From the human T2T-CHM13v2.0 reference genome, Homo sapiens, in the NCBI RefSeq assembly GCF_009914755.1, contig NC_060926.1: a stretch of 64,000 nt of DNA, one strand, 5' to 3'. Below the pieces are notes generated by a model. It searched no databases and was not told the DNA's origin. It worked only from the letters and a program-made list of their open reading frames with translations. Position numbers and translations under genes: made by a program. Every line of letters begins with the position of its first letter. Positions within the stretch are counted from its first letter, which is position 1. This document shows, piece after piece, positions 15,431 through 28,589 of the stretch.

Positions 15431-15646
15431 AATTGTCAATTTTTTAAAAGGAAAATGAAATTCTATTAATATTGTTGTACAAGTTGGTTTTCCCCTCCAC
15501 GGCATGTTTGGCTGTCTTCATATCAGCATGCTTAGATCATTTGATTGATTTTCTCTTCTTTCTTTCTCTCTTTCTGCTTCCTTTCCCTTCCCGTCTCCAT
15601 CCCTCCCTCCTCACCTCCCCATGCCTCCCTCCATCCCTTCCCCTAC

Positions 15647-16098
15647 TGTGGTAGACAGAAAAATGGCCCCGAGATGCCTGTCCCCTAATCCCCAGAACTT
15701 GCGATGATGTTACCTCACATGGCAAAAGGGACTTTACGGATGTGATTAAGAACTTTGAGATGGATGATCTTGTGGGCTCAAGGTAATTATGAGAGTACTT
15801 AAAAGTAGAAGAGGGAAGTGAAAGAGGAGAGTCGGGGACTGTGGAAGGAGGGCGAGAGAGTTGCAGCACTGTTGGCTTTGATGATGGAGGGAGGCTACCA
15901 GCCAAAGAATGTGGATGGCATCTAAAATTTCGGAAAAGATGAGGAAACTTGGAGCCTCCTGAAGGGCATACAGCCCTGCTGACACCTAAGCCTGGTGAGA
16001 CCCACATTGGACTTGTGACCCTCAGAACTGTCAGACAGTGAAATCACGTCGTTCTAAACCAGTCAGCTGAGTGGTCACGGCGGCAGTAGATGAGTGCA
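15647..16098 (+). mobile_element. MLT1D-like MaLR LTR
   Basis: TGTGGTAGACAGAAAAATGGCCCC...GTTACCTCACATGGCAAAAGGGACTTT...CAGCCCTGCTGACACC. Confidence 0.85.
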
Positions 16099-17919
16099 CC
16101 TCCCCTTTCCAACCTTCTAAACCTCAGGTGTTGCCTTCTCCACTAGGCCAAGCGATGCTCCAGGAAACCTCAGGTCACAGCCAGATGCTCCACCCTCCAT
16201 CAGTTTCTCATGTGTCCTTGAAAAGTCATAAAAAATGTTGACCAGAATGTCAGCACAGACAGTAGAGGTGGGAGTGTTTCTTTGGAGTGGGTGCCGCTGC
16301 CTGGTTGTTTGGGCCATGCACAGAAGGCTTGTGGCAGGAGCCTAGGGTGTCCATTTAGCCTTCTCTGTTGTGTTGGCTTCCATAGGGTCACTGCCTCCTC
16401 GCCTGTGCTCTCTATGTGAACACAGAGTTTCTGCTTCACTGTGGGATGAGGAGGCTTCAGTGAATTGTCCACAGACCTAGTCGCTGTTTCCAATGTTATT
16501 TCCTTAGGGAAGAGTATCTCCAATTTTAAACTGCCCACAAACAAATGACGTTTAGGAAACCTTGTAGGTCAGGAGCTGCTGGGGTCTGCGGGTAAGAACA
16601 GGAGGGCTTCCTAAGCTCTTCCACTGATTTAGGGGGCGAGGTTGGGAGGGGTTTCCTGACATGGTAGAATTTTTCTTTATTCCTACTCGTTGGTTCAGGT
16701 GTGTAATTATTAACAGTTACACCCTTTATCTCCTGCTTCCTCTGGCTGCTGACTTGGAGGGATGCTGGGAGAAGGGGAGGGCTGAAGAGTTGGGGATGGG
16801 TGTGCCTGGCTTCCTTCTAAGGTTTAGGGCTGACCCTGGACAGTCCCAGCCCCAGGCAAGTGTTCTTGAGGCTTATTGCTGTCTGCCTAGCTGGGGAGGA
16901 TGTTGAGAGGATTACTTAGCTAATTCAGTATTTGGAAAAAGTATCTGTAAACTTAAATAGAGGCCCATTACATACCTTTTGTGGATTAGAACTGTAATTG
17001 ACTTAGTGTTTAAGGCAGAAACTAAGGCCTTTGATTTAAAAACTGTTGACAGATCGGAGCCTAAGCCGCTTCTGTTTGCAGAGGAGAGCCATGACTTCCA
17101 GTCAAGTTGAAACATAGCTTTCTTTATACCCTTCCCAGTTGGACTTCTGTCATATTTTACAAAATTCAAGGCTTTTCATTTAACTTAGATTTATGGCTTT
17201 TCCATGGACTATCTTGAGGTTTTTCTCCAAAGCAAACCAGCTCATACCTTGACATTGTCAAAATAGCAAAAACACACATCTTAACAAATGATGGCAAAAT
17301 ATTTGAGCTGAGAGATTGGGGTATGTGTAGTGTTACACCTTTGCATGTAAAAGATTATGTCAAGCAATCTTCTAAAGGAAATCAGTTTTTAGTTAACTTT
17401 TAAGGCTATTCACCATGATTTAAAGTGATTCCTTGATTCCTCTGTTACATTAAGTGTGATTGAAACTGTACCTTTATTTTCTCATGCCTTGATAAGCAGT
17501 GTAGTCAAATCATAACATATTATGACTGCAATCAAGTGATTATAGCACGTGATTATACTTTTTGTCTCTGTGGCGTGAGGAGTGGAAAGGTGTCTTTTTT
17601 TGCACCACTTGGCACTAACGGTGGGGAGAGATGGTTCCCCGAAGCCCCCTCCCTCTTGTGTGTTTTGGGGCAGAGCGCCCTGTTCCTGAATAGCACGGAT
17701 TGCACGTGTTTCTGAGCATGGTGTGTGAGACTGCTTTCCCTTCCTGCAGTCAACTCGCCAAGGTGCCTCCCCAGCCCCAGCAGTCCGGCTTCTCTCCTTT
17801 CCGCTGCCCCATGCTTTCTGGTGGCCTGGCAGACTCAGGACTATCTCTGAGTCCTTCACAAAACCCTCCTCCACATGCCTTCTTTTGTGAAAACCCTCAG
17901 TCCTCTTTAAGAGCAGGGC

Positions 17920-18028
17920 CCCTGGAGCCAGACAGCTCTGGTTCAGTCCTGGCTCCGGTCCTCTGCAGCTGGGTGACCCTGGGCAAGTCACCATGGCTCT
18001 GTGTTTTTCATCTTTAAAATGGGGATGC
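17920..18028 (+). mobile_element. MIR fragment
   Basis: GCTGGGTGACCCTGGGCAAGTCAC...CATCTTTAAAATGGGGAT. Confidence 0.8.
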
Positions 18029-18029
18029 T

Positions 18030-18330
18030 GGCTGGTGTCGCGGCTCATGCCTGTAATCTCAGAATTTTGGGAGACTGAGGTGGGAGGATTGATTGAGCCC
18101 AGGAGGTTAAGACCAGCCTGGACAACATGGGGAGATCCCCATCTCTTTTAAAAAATACAAAAAAATTAGCCCGGCCGGTGGTGTGCGCCTGTAGTCCCAG
18201 CTACTCCGGAGGCTGAGGCAGGAGAATCCTTTGAGCCCAGGAAGTCAAGGTTGCAGTGAGCCGCTGCACACCAGCCTGGGGCAACAGAACAAGACCCTAT
18301 CTCAAAAAATAATTAAAATAAAATAAAATA
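18030..18330 (+). mobile_element. AluJ
   Basis: Sense dimer with GAGCCCAGGAG; (AAAAT)n tail. Confidence 0.9.
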
Positions 18331-19014
18331 AGTACAGTCGCTTTGCCCTGGGGCTGCTGTGGGGAGTCTGCAAACAGGACCTGCCTTGTGCTGAATGCAG
18401 CATCTCTGTTGTACTTGGGAGGTGTGCAGCCCCAGCATCTCATGCCTCGCACCCTCCGAGCTGCCTGGCCTTGGCTGTGCCCCCCTGCCCTGGCCCACTC
18501 GGCGTCCCCAGCACTTCATTTCTTTCCGTCCTGCCCCCCTTTGCTGTGTCTGGTCCTTTTATCACTGCTCTTGTGTCTGCCTCTGTGCCCTCCTGTCCTG
18601 GCCACGGCTTGAGATCACACTGCCGTGCCTCTTGCCCAGGTGACCCCCTGAGAAGCTACCTGAGCTCTGCTAATCAGCCCCACTTTCCTCTGCCCAGGCA
18701 GAAACTAAGATGCCTCGGCTCCTTCTGTGGAGGAAAGTAATGTGTTAATTGGATCCAGGGTCCTCAGCACACACTGGGCTATTTTTACAGTCAGACAGGA
18801 AGTTGTCGTTTTATAACTTTATCCTGTGTAAATTATAGCCCGGGCGGGGGGTGGGGGGACTTGGATTGTTAAGAAAGTGATCATCCTGTTCTTGGATAGG
18901 GTGATTTTGGCTGTCTGGGTAAGTTCTAGGAATTTGCTGTATTCTCTTGATTCTAATGAACTTTGCTATGGCTTGGGAAGGGGCCTCTGCATGGAGAGAG
19001 AGAAGGAAGCTAGC

Positions 19015-19230
19015 GTTTCTTGAGGGTCTGGTATATGCTAGGCACTGTGCTGGCTGCTGAATTGGACTGTTTGATTTAATCCTTGTCACAACCCCTTTGA
19101 AGTGGTCTTGTTACCCTCTTTTACAAATGGGGACATTGTGGCTCCAGCAGGTTAAGAAGCTTGCTCCAGGTTACATGGCTATCAGTGGGAAGCTGGGTGG
19201 GGGGTGTGGACAGGTCTGTGATTCCCAGAC
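19015..19230 (-). mobile_element. MIR fragment
   Basis: GCTAGGCACTGTGCT...TTTAATCCT...TTTTACAAATGGGG...GGTTAAG. Confidence 0.7.
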
Positions 19231-19825
19231 CCATCCTCAGATGCCTCCTGGAGCCTCTTTGTGGGAGAGTGCATGTGTCATGGCGAGTATGTGGCTCTGC
19301 GATTGGAGGAAATGTCACCGGACCAGTCAATAGGTCTTCCTCTTTACAATTAGCTTTTGTCAATGTACGTTTTTTCTTTAGTCCACACAACCTTTTAAAA
19401 TTTATTTATGATCGTAGCCCTGGCCTTTATCCATCGAATCCTAAAGTGATCTGGCTGCTCATGACCAGGGGTGACAGCCAGGATGCTTTTCTTGGACCAA
19501 GAAACCTGGCTTAAATGACAGCCTTGAGCCTTGCTTTGGAGCAGTCAGACTCTCTGGGGATACTGTTACTATTACTGAGCATTATTTGCTGCAGAAATTG
19601 ATTCCTTCTGCCGTACAGTAGGCCAGGGAGGCCTCCAGGTGCCTTCGGTGGGGGAAGGATTTTAGTTGCTCAGGCCAAATAACCGAGACTAGCTCCCTGC
19701 AAATTCCATGGAGCCATCTATACTTCTGAGTATATCTTCAAGTGCTACTCCTAAATTTAAGGTTCTTCCACTTTTCATCCAGTTCACATGTAGTTGAGGG
19801 CCTGCCTGCCTTGAGCCTGACACAG

Positions 19826-20520
19826 GGCCAGTTGTGAGCCTGGACCAGCACCCACAGCCAGGTGTGAGCCTGGACCACCACCCAGGGCCAGGTGTGAGCC
19901 TGGACCACCACCCAGGGTCAGGTGTGAGCCTGGACCACCACCCAGGGCCAGGTGTGAGCCTGGACCAGCACCCAGGGCCAGGTGTGAGCCTGGACCAGCA
20001 CCCAGGGCCAGGTGTGAGCCTGGACCAGCACCCACGGCCAGGTGTGAGCCTGGACCAGCACCCACGGCCAGGTGTGAGCCTGGACCACCACCCAGGGCCA
20101 GGTGTGAGCCTGGACCAGCACCCAGAGCCAAGGTATGAGCCTGAACCACCACTCACGGCCAGCTGTGGGTCTAGACCACCACCCATGGCCAGGTGTGAGC
20201 CAGGATCATCCTCCCAGGGCCAGGTGTAAGCCAGGGTCATCCTCACAGGGTCATGTGTGAGCCTGGACCACCACCCAGGGCCAGGTGTGAGCCTGGACCA
20301 CCACCCACGGTCAGCTGTGAATTTGAACCACCACCCATGGCCAGGTGTGAGCCTGGACCAGCACTCACAGCCAGGTGTGAGCCTGGACCACCACCCACGG
20401 CCAGGTGTGAGCCAGGAGCATCCTCCCAGGGCCAGGTGTGAGCCAGGAGCATCCTCCCAGGGCCAGGTGTGAGCCAGGAGCATCTTCGCAGGGCCAGGTA
20501 TGAGCCAGGAGCAGCCTGGC
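19826..20520. repeat. 30-bp minisatellite, ~23 copies
   Basis: Unit GGCCAGGTGTGAGCCTGGACCA(G/C)CACCCA(G/C); near-perfect in 19826-20125, more diverged afterwards. Confidence 0.98.
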
Positions 20521-20888
20521 ATTGGCCCCATGCCACATGACACTCTTTGTCCCTTGTCAGCATTTTAAACCAAGGTGAAGAGGTCCCACTTAGCTTTGTG
20601 GTATCTGTTTTATAGGAATGAAGGGGGTACTTTAACAAGTTCATCTTAGGGTTCTCATCTGCATTGTTGCCTGTGCAGTTACACCACTCATGCCTACCCA
20701 GCATAATTAACAGTGTGACCTACGAAAGGTGGGGCGGGGCTCACAGGAACTAACCAGGGATTCCTGTGTGTGAATGTTATTATGAAGGTGCTTTACCTCA
20801 TTAGTTATTTGTGATGAAAATACTCTTAAAAGACCTGCTATAAAGTGTCAATACCAAAAGCTTCTCATGTCATTGACATTAAAAGACT

Positions 20889-21127
20889 TTTTGTATTTTT
20901 TTTGAGACAGGGTCGGCTCTGTCACCCGGGGTGGAGTGTAGTGGCATGATTTCTGCTCACTGCAACCTCTGCCTCCCAGGCTCAAACCACTCTCCCACCT
21001 CAGCCGCCTGAGTAGTTGGAACTACAGGTGCACGCCACCACGCCAGGCTCATTTTTTATTTTGATAGAGACAGGGTTTTACCATGTTGCCCAGGCTGGTG
21101 GGCAATTTGTCCACCTCAATCTCCCAA
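20889..21127 (-). mobile_element. AluJ, partly deleted
   Basis: Right arm intact, left arm truncated. Confidence 0.85.
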
Positions 21128-21220
21128 GATATTAAGAAACTGTTAAAGAATGTTTTGCCACTAAACTATTGTTTTACAACATTTCATTATGAAAAATTTC
21201 ATACAGAAAAGTGGAAATAA

Positions 21221-21592
<372 letters not shown>

Positions 21593-21995
21593 TTGTATTA
21601 TTTTTCAATGCATTGCAAAGTCAACGGCAGACTGAAGGACTGCCGCATGCATAGCTGCTATTATTAACTCGAGATCAATATTGATTTACTGTTTTGTTTT
21701 TTTATTTCCAGATAAGCATTCATAAACAGTGAAAAGCACAAATCATCAGTGCGCCGTACGTTTTGGCCAGCACTTTATTTTATGGAACAGAGGACTAGAT
21801 GACCAGTGCTGTGAGTGGGCAGGTCTGTCTCCTGCCTCTCTTATTTATGTTGTATGCCTGACACCTTCCTCATGCCGCAGGACCAGCCGGGACCGGGGAG
21901 AGGCTGTTCGAGGAACACAGGATGCATATTCAGGCAGGAAGTTGTTGGGGTTAACATGAGTGGACCCTAGATTTCCCTGCCTGAAGGGGGCCCCG

Positions 21996-22300
21996 TGTTA
22001 GTTTCCTGTGGCTGCCGTAACAGCCACAAACTAGGTGGCTTAAAACAACAGAACATCATTCTTTTACAGTTCTGGAGGCCTGAAGCCCAGGATCAAGGTG
22101 TGCCCAGAGCTGTGCTCCCTCCAGAGGATAGAGCAGGATTCCTCCTAGCCTTTTCCGGCCTCTGGTGGCCCCTGGCAATCCTTGGTGTCCCATCCAGCTG
22201 CATCACTCCAGTCTCTGCTTCTGTTATCACGTGCCCTCTTCCCGGCATGTGTCTTCTGGGTGGGTGTGAATTTTGGGAGGACACTATTCACCCCAGTACA
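21996..22300 (-). mobile_element. MLT1C-like MaLR LTR
   Basis: TTAGTTTCCTGTGGCTGCCGTAAC...GGTGGCTTAAAACAACAGAA...GGACACTATTCACCCCAGTACA. Confidence 0.85.
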
Positions 22301-23854
22301 AGCTTGAGCCTGGTTGCGGGGACTGTGTGGACCTCTCCCACAGGTCTGTCCCCCTAAAGGGAGCACACTGGCAGTGTGCCCACCCCCAGGCCAGCGGGCA
22401 GCCCTTGGCAGAGGGTGTGCCTAGAGCTTGGATGTGCGGGTCGGATGTCTTTGCCTCTCTTCTTTCCTGTCCTGGTTTCAGCTGGAAGGATGTTCAGATA
22501 TGAGAATGGGAAAAGGCGGAGCGGTGTTTGTTCATGAGAGAGGACTGCTCTGCCCTCAGCTGGCCCATGGCCTTCCCTTCCAGAGCCCCAAAGGGCCCTG
22601 CCCTCAGCTGGGAGATGGGCCCTGGGCGTCATTTAGCTTGAGCACCTGCCTGGTCATCCTCTGCAAGCCCCAGTCACTGTCCCTGGGAGAGGTTCTACAG
22701 CTCCCTACCCACACCTGCAGCCTTGCTTCTCCCCGTGTCTGTTCTTGCGCTGTCCATCTGTATGGGAGCTGTCTTTTCATGGGTCTCAGGTCTGTGCCAG
22801 TATGCAGCTGGGGAGCTGTGAACCCAGGTGTGTTTTCAACCTGCTTCCCAGCCGGTCGCATACTGTGGGACTGGTGGACTATTTAGAGGTCTAGGGAGTG
22901 GTGGGGAGAAGGGGCTGCAGGGGAAGAGCATCTGATGGTGGTGGCCAGGAGGAACGTGGCACTGGGGGGTGGGCAGGGTGGGAATTGTCCACTGTGGGGG
23001 GCGGCTGAGGAAGCCAAGGGGTCTGGGCCTGTAGGGGAAGTGGGAGAGGAGAGAGGAAAGGACAAAGATGAAGGTGGAAAGGGGGAAGGTGACAGTGGCC
23101 TCTCAATATGCGGAGGGGCTTGAAAACAGGAGGGCTGTGCACTAGAGGATGCACTGGCGCAGAACTGAGACATTTCTGGAAGGTGGCTTTGGAGCCAGCA
23201 TCCTTGCTGGTATGTAAGAAATGCCAGGTATATGCCCTCTGGGAGGTTGTGTGGGCTGGGTGACACTGCCAGTTCCCTTCAGTCTCTGGGGCTCTGACTC
23301 AGTGGGGATTCCCACACTGACCTCATGATGTCTCTAGTGCCCTCAGGGACCCTGGACAGCATCCTGAGCTGCAGCCTCCATGAAAGGAGGCCCCTGAAGG
23401 TGGCAGGTTGTCAGATCGAGGCCCACATGGAGGTCATTCCTTACTGGGCTTGGTGATGCCCCGCCAGCTAACTTGAGGGCAAAGGCGTGCTTGCAGGTTG
23501 ATGAGCAGCTCTGTGGGATCCGAGCTGCTGCTGTTCGTGGGCTGCCTGCTGTGGGCCAGGCACTTTGCGGAGCATGGACGCCCGTTCTCTTACTCTGTTG
23601 ATGCAACAACCTGTTGAACCAGAGTTTTTCTCCGTTTTATGGAGAAAGAAACTGAAGCTCCTTGATGAAGTGAAGCCATGTCCTAAAGCCGCTAGCACTT
23701 AGCATGTGGCGGGCACCTGGCATGCATGCGTGGGATGGACATGGACTCGTGGCAGAACCGAGACCCAGACGGCAGGAAGGAGAAGCTGTGTATGTGTTGG
23801 AGGAGGATGTGGATCGCTGCTGGCTCAGTGCCGGTTGTAAAAGGAAGCAATTGC

Positions 23855-24328
23855 AGTTATTTCTTGCTGCTGCTGTAACAGATTACAACATACTTAGTGG
23901 TGAAAAACAGCACACGTCATTCTCTTTGAGGTCAGAAGTCCTTAAATGCATCCACAAAGCTGTGTTCTTTCTAGAGGGTGCAGGGAGAATCCATTTCCTT
24001 CCCTTTTCTAGCATCCAGAAGCCACCTGCAGTCCTTGGCTTGTGGGCCCATCCTTCATCCTGAAAGGCAGCAGCGGATGGAGCATCTTCTGACCTCTCAC
24101 CTCTGCTCTATCATCATGTTGTCCCCTAGCTTTACTGCTTTTTCTTAGAAGGATGCCTGTGATTACATTGAACCCACCTGGATAGTTCAAGACACCCTCA
24201 CCTCAATGCCATTAATTTAATCACACCAGCAAAGTTCCTTTTGCCATATAAGGATATGGCAGCGTATTCATAGGTTCTGGGTGTTGGGACATGGACATTT
24301 TGGGGGACCCATGATTCAGTTTCCCTCA
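23855..24328 (-). mobile_element. MLT1D-like MaLR LTR
   Basis: GCTGCTGTAACAGATTAC...GTGATTACATTG...CCTTTTGCCATATAAGG. Confidence 0.8.
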
Positions 24329-24628
<300 letters not shown>

Positions 24629-26094
24629 CTAGCAGCCTTCCAAAGTAGGCTTCGGGATTCAGTTTTACAGATAGGGAAACTTAGGCACAGAGAGACTTTT
24701 GGTGGCTCTATAGGCAGTAAAGGGCAAAATGGAAAGCAAACCTGGCCTCTTGTACCTCTGAGCCCCGAATTCTGCCCTCTGCCCATGTGAGCATGGTCTG
24801 TGAGCAAACCTTCCTGTGGATAGGTTTGGAGGATTCGAAGGACATCCCTGGAGGGGCTGTGCCCAGGTAGGGTGTGTTCACTGTGCCCCTGTGTGAGGGT
24901 TTGTAGTCTTACACCTTTGCCAAACCCTTTCTGGGTTTTGCCCCTCACAGGAGATGCAGGTCTTTCTGTGGAACCTGTAGGTTCTGAGACCGAGCCTTGG
25001 GTAGTTTTTATTTCTTAGGCTCTCTGGAGTTCTCCCAAATCCCCATTGCCAATCAGTAGCTGAAAGTGGATGCTATTGTTTTTCCGATTGCTGGTCTCTT
25101 TACTTGTTTAGTGAAAACAGCAAAAATTTAGAATGTTTATAGAATTGAACACGAAAACCAGAGTTGTATATCTAAGGAAAACATGGTGTGACTGGCCCGG
25201 GATCCAAATTATTTGCAGCGCCTGTCGTCTTTGTTAACTCTTCTCAGTTCTCTTTTTCTTTCCTTCTCTCTGTTTCTTTCAGTTTTGGTTTTTCTTTTTG
25301 AAGACGGAATCAAAGGGAAATTATTTTCATTTTCTTCACAGGGAGTTCCCAGGCTTCCCCCTAGCCTTTGCTTTACTTGCTGTGCCCAGTTCCATGAGAA
25401 GGAGTTGTTACATTTCTTCTTCCTAAAGCAGTGATCGGTGCTTCTGCCCTGGTGGAGAAGGCTTGAGCAGTCCCCGGCTAGCGGCTGTTGCCACCTACAA
25501 GCCCCCGCCTCCATTAGGAAGCCATTTATTTATGGGGCCTAGGTAGGGGCAGGAGGTTCCTTTCAAGAAAACAACAGATTGCTTAATGCTGGTCTCCCTC
25601 TTGCTGGCCAAAAGGAATGTTAAAGCCAGATCATTATCTTGTTATAATGTGTGAGAGAGTCCTGCTTAAAAAGAGGACAAAGACTTATCACACAAATATG
25701 CTTGGGTCCCTTTTAATGTGGGAAGCACATTCCATGTAAAGGCAGCCTCCCGTTCCTGTCTTTCTTTGCAGAGACTTTCAGAAGAAGCAGGTGCCCTCAT
25801 CGAGCATTCCTTTGATCACTTGCTAGGTGTGTTTGGTGGTGGTTTCAGTGCTGCTTTTTGGCCTCGGCATTAGAGACTAGTTTTTTAAAATTAAGTTTCT
25901 CTGGGTGTCCCAAGATTCTTTTAAATCCAAAGACCATTTAGGTTCCAGCTTCCTTGAGCCTCGGTTTCTTCCTCTATGAAGTGGAGATAATGGCAAACAT
26001 CTGAAAACATTTTATCAGGATTTGGTGTGACACTACGTGTAGGTGATTAGGCCGGTGCCTGGCAAGTACTGCTGCTCGAGGAATCTCAGGTATC

Positions 26095-26516
26095 TGCATT
26101 CAACTGTTCTCACACGGCTATAAAGGAATACCTGAGACTGGGTAATTTATAAAGAAAAGAGGTTTAACTGGCTCACAGTTCTGCAGGCTGTACAGGAAGC
26201 GTGGCACCATTTGCTCAGCTTCAGGGTGGCCTCAGGGAACTTACAATCATGGCGGAAGGCAAAGGGGAAGCCCACGTTTCACATGGTTGGAGTAGGAGTA
26301 AGAGAGGGGTTGCAGGGGGCTGTGCCACACACTTGTAAACAACCAAATCTCGTGAGAACTCCTTATCACAGGAACAGCACCAAGGGGACGGTGCTCAGCC
26401 ATTCATGAAGGATCCACCCCATGATCCAGTCACCTCCCACCAGGCCCCACCTCCAACACTGGGGGTTACCGTTCGACATGAGGTTTGGGATGGGGACAAG
26501 GATTCACACCATATCA
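26095..26516 (-). mobile_element. MSTA/MSTB MaLR LTR
   Basis: GGAATACCTGAGACTGGGTAATTTATAAAGAAAAGAGGTTTAA...CTGTACAGGAAGC...ACCATATCA. Confidence 0.9.
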
Positions 26517-26574
26517 GTGTCTTATGCATAGTAAAACATTTTATGAATGATTGTCTCTATGTGCTGTAGCTGTA

Positions 26575-26762
26575 TATCCTCCAGTATGGTAGCCACAGGC
26601 CACTTGTGGCTAAATTTAAGTGAAATGAAAGATTCAGTTCCTTGGGCACACTAGCCACGTTTTCCAGGCCTGACAGCCATGTGCTGCTGATGGCTGCCTT
26701 ATTGGACCACACAGATAGTGAAAGGTTTCTGTCACGGCTGAGAGGTTCTGTTGGCCAGTGCT
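26575..26762. mobile_element. MER3-like hAT-Charlie
   Basis: TATGGTAGCCACAGGCCACTTGTGGCTA...TTATTGGACCAC...GGTTCTGTTGGCCAGTGCT. Confidence 0.75.
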
Positions 26763-27010
26763 TGTTCAGCTAAGGTTAAAATATTAACCACCTACACTTC
26801 CTTTGTATCTAAACCCATTTCCTTGGTTCTTTTCCAATACTTATTTCCTGGGTAGCCCTTTGTGTTACAGGGAAATTGTGAATTTTCATATTAAAGGCAA
26901 CTCACCTGGGATATGGCTTGCTGAAAGGGAAGAGGCAGACGCTGTAGTATATAGTCAGTGCTCAATGAAGGGAAAGGGGCTTCACTTCCCCAACAGAGTG
27001 GCCCTCCAAA

Positions 27011-27120
27011 AGGGTCTCACTTTGTAGCCCAGGCTGGTCTCAAACTCCTAGGCTCAAATGGTCCTCCAATCTTGGCCTCCCAAAGTGCTGGGACTACAGG
27101 CGTTTGCCACCACATCCAGC
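27011..27120 (-). mobile_element. Alu left-arm fragment
   Basis: GGGTCTCACTTTGTAGCCCAGGCTGGTCTCAAACTCC...CCCAAAGTGCTGGGA. Confidence 0.9.
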
Positions 27121-27154
27121 TGCTGCTCCATCTTTAAAGTTGTCTTGCCCACAC

Positions 27155-27156
<2 letters not shown>

Positions 27157-27198
<42 letters not shown>

Positions 27199-27208
27199 CA
27201 TATATATG

Positions 27209-27241
<33 letters not shown>
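27157..27241. repeat. (TG)19-TATACATATATATGTATA-(CA)14 compound microsatellite
   Basis: Read directly from sequence. Confidence 0.98.
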
Positions 27242-27243
<2 letters not shown>

Positions 27244-28213
27244 TTTTTTTTTTTTTTGAAGCAGCTCGTCTTTATTGAAACTTCTTAAAACATCCAACCT
27301 GATTTTCAAAGCTCACAGCTCTGCTCCTGGCTTTGGGGGCTTAGCCTCTAATTTGGGTCTGAACTTTATTGAGCTTTGCTTGGCAAATGCAATGAAGAAA
27401 GTGTTACCAGGTGGCATTACTGAGAGCCCTTGAGGGTGGGGGGAGATTGCGTGCCGTGCCCTGTGTGTGTGTCAGCTGACTCTTGACCCCCGCTTGCAGC
27501 TCAGCATGGCTGTGTGACTTAGGACTTTCTAGATGCACATAATTTCAGGAGTGGTATTTGAGTGCATTTGGCACCAGGCATGGGGTGGCTGAGCCCCATC
27601 AGTGGCACCTCACTGTTGCTGTGCACTGGTGGGGTAGTTCTTCAGGCAGTGGGGGTGATATCCATCAGCAGGTTCCACCACTGGGCACCACCACCCTTCC
27701 CCCGCAGGTGCTCCTCTGTCCTCTAGATGTCCTGCCTCCTGCGTCCTTTGCACCATACCCCACAGGTCCTGCCACCCCTGCTCATCATCTCTCTTGCTGT
27801 TTTCATCTCTGAAGTCCCTCCTATAGGGGCTTCCTGCCCACTTCTCTGCACCTGGGCTTCTGCCCCAGCTAAAATCTCACCTCTCCAGAAAATAGTGGCC
27901 AACTTCCCCATCACCTTGACTAGAAGTCACCCCTCCATTTGGAATGCCACAGCAGCTGCCCTTAGAGTCTTCCTGCTCTGGCAGGCCGTTGTGTGCATCA
28001 CACTGACTTCAGCCCCACAAAGGAGGACCTACTGTGTGCTCAGCGTGTGCCCAGCTCTGAGTGAGGCTACACATGTGAACAGGACCAGCTCGGCTGCGGG
28101 AGCTCCTGGTGTTGGGGGCAGGCAAGCAGACATTCTGCCTGAGACTCCTTTTAGAACGTGAATGAGAAGCAGCACGAGAGTTGCTGTCAGACTCCCCGAT
28201 TGCTCCATCTTTT

Positions 28214-28318
28214 TTCTTCTTCTTCTTCTTCTTCTTCTTCTTCTTCTTCTTCTTCTTCTTCTTCTTCTTCTTCTTTCTTCTTTCTTCTTTCTTCTTTCTT
28301 CTTTCTTCTTCTTCTTCC
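28214..28318. repeat. (TTC)20 plus (TTTCTTC)n tract forming an Alu tail
   Basis: Pure TTC run 28214-28273, then interrupted units. Confidence 0.97.
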
Positions 28319-28589
28319 TTTTTTTTTTTTTTAAAGATAGAATCTCACTCTGTTACCCAGGCTGCATTGCAGTGGCACAGACAGCTCCCTGCACCCTGGA
28401 TCTCCTGGGCTCAAGTGCTCCTAGAGTAGCTGGGCCACAGGCATGTACCACCATGCCTGGTTACTTTTTTACTTCTTTGTAGAGACAGGGTTTTACTTTG
28501 TTGCCTAGGCTGGTCTCAAATTCTTGGGCTGAAGTGATCCTTAGCCCCTCAAAGTGCTGGGATTACAGGTGTGTGTCCCTGCACCCGGC
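28319..28589 (-). mobile_element. Diverged AluJ
   Basis: Antisense dimer; TSD TGCTCCATCTTT at ~28201 and ~28593. Confidence 0.88.

Noticed and set aside
19689-20704. Repetitive ORFs (284 aa and others)
   Set aside because: Artefact of a 30-bp unit that preserves frame
25741-25800. Possible 19-nt microexon (TTTGCAG|AGACTTTCAGAAGAAGCAG|GTGCCC)
   Set aside because: Weak donor and frame-shifting length; no other support
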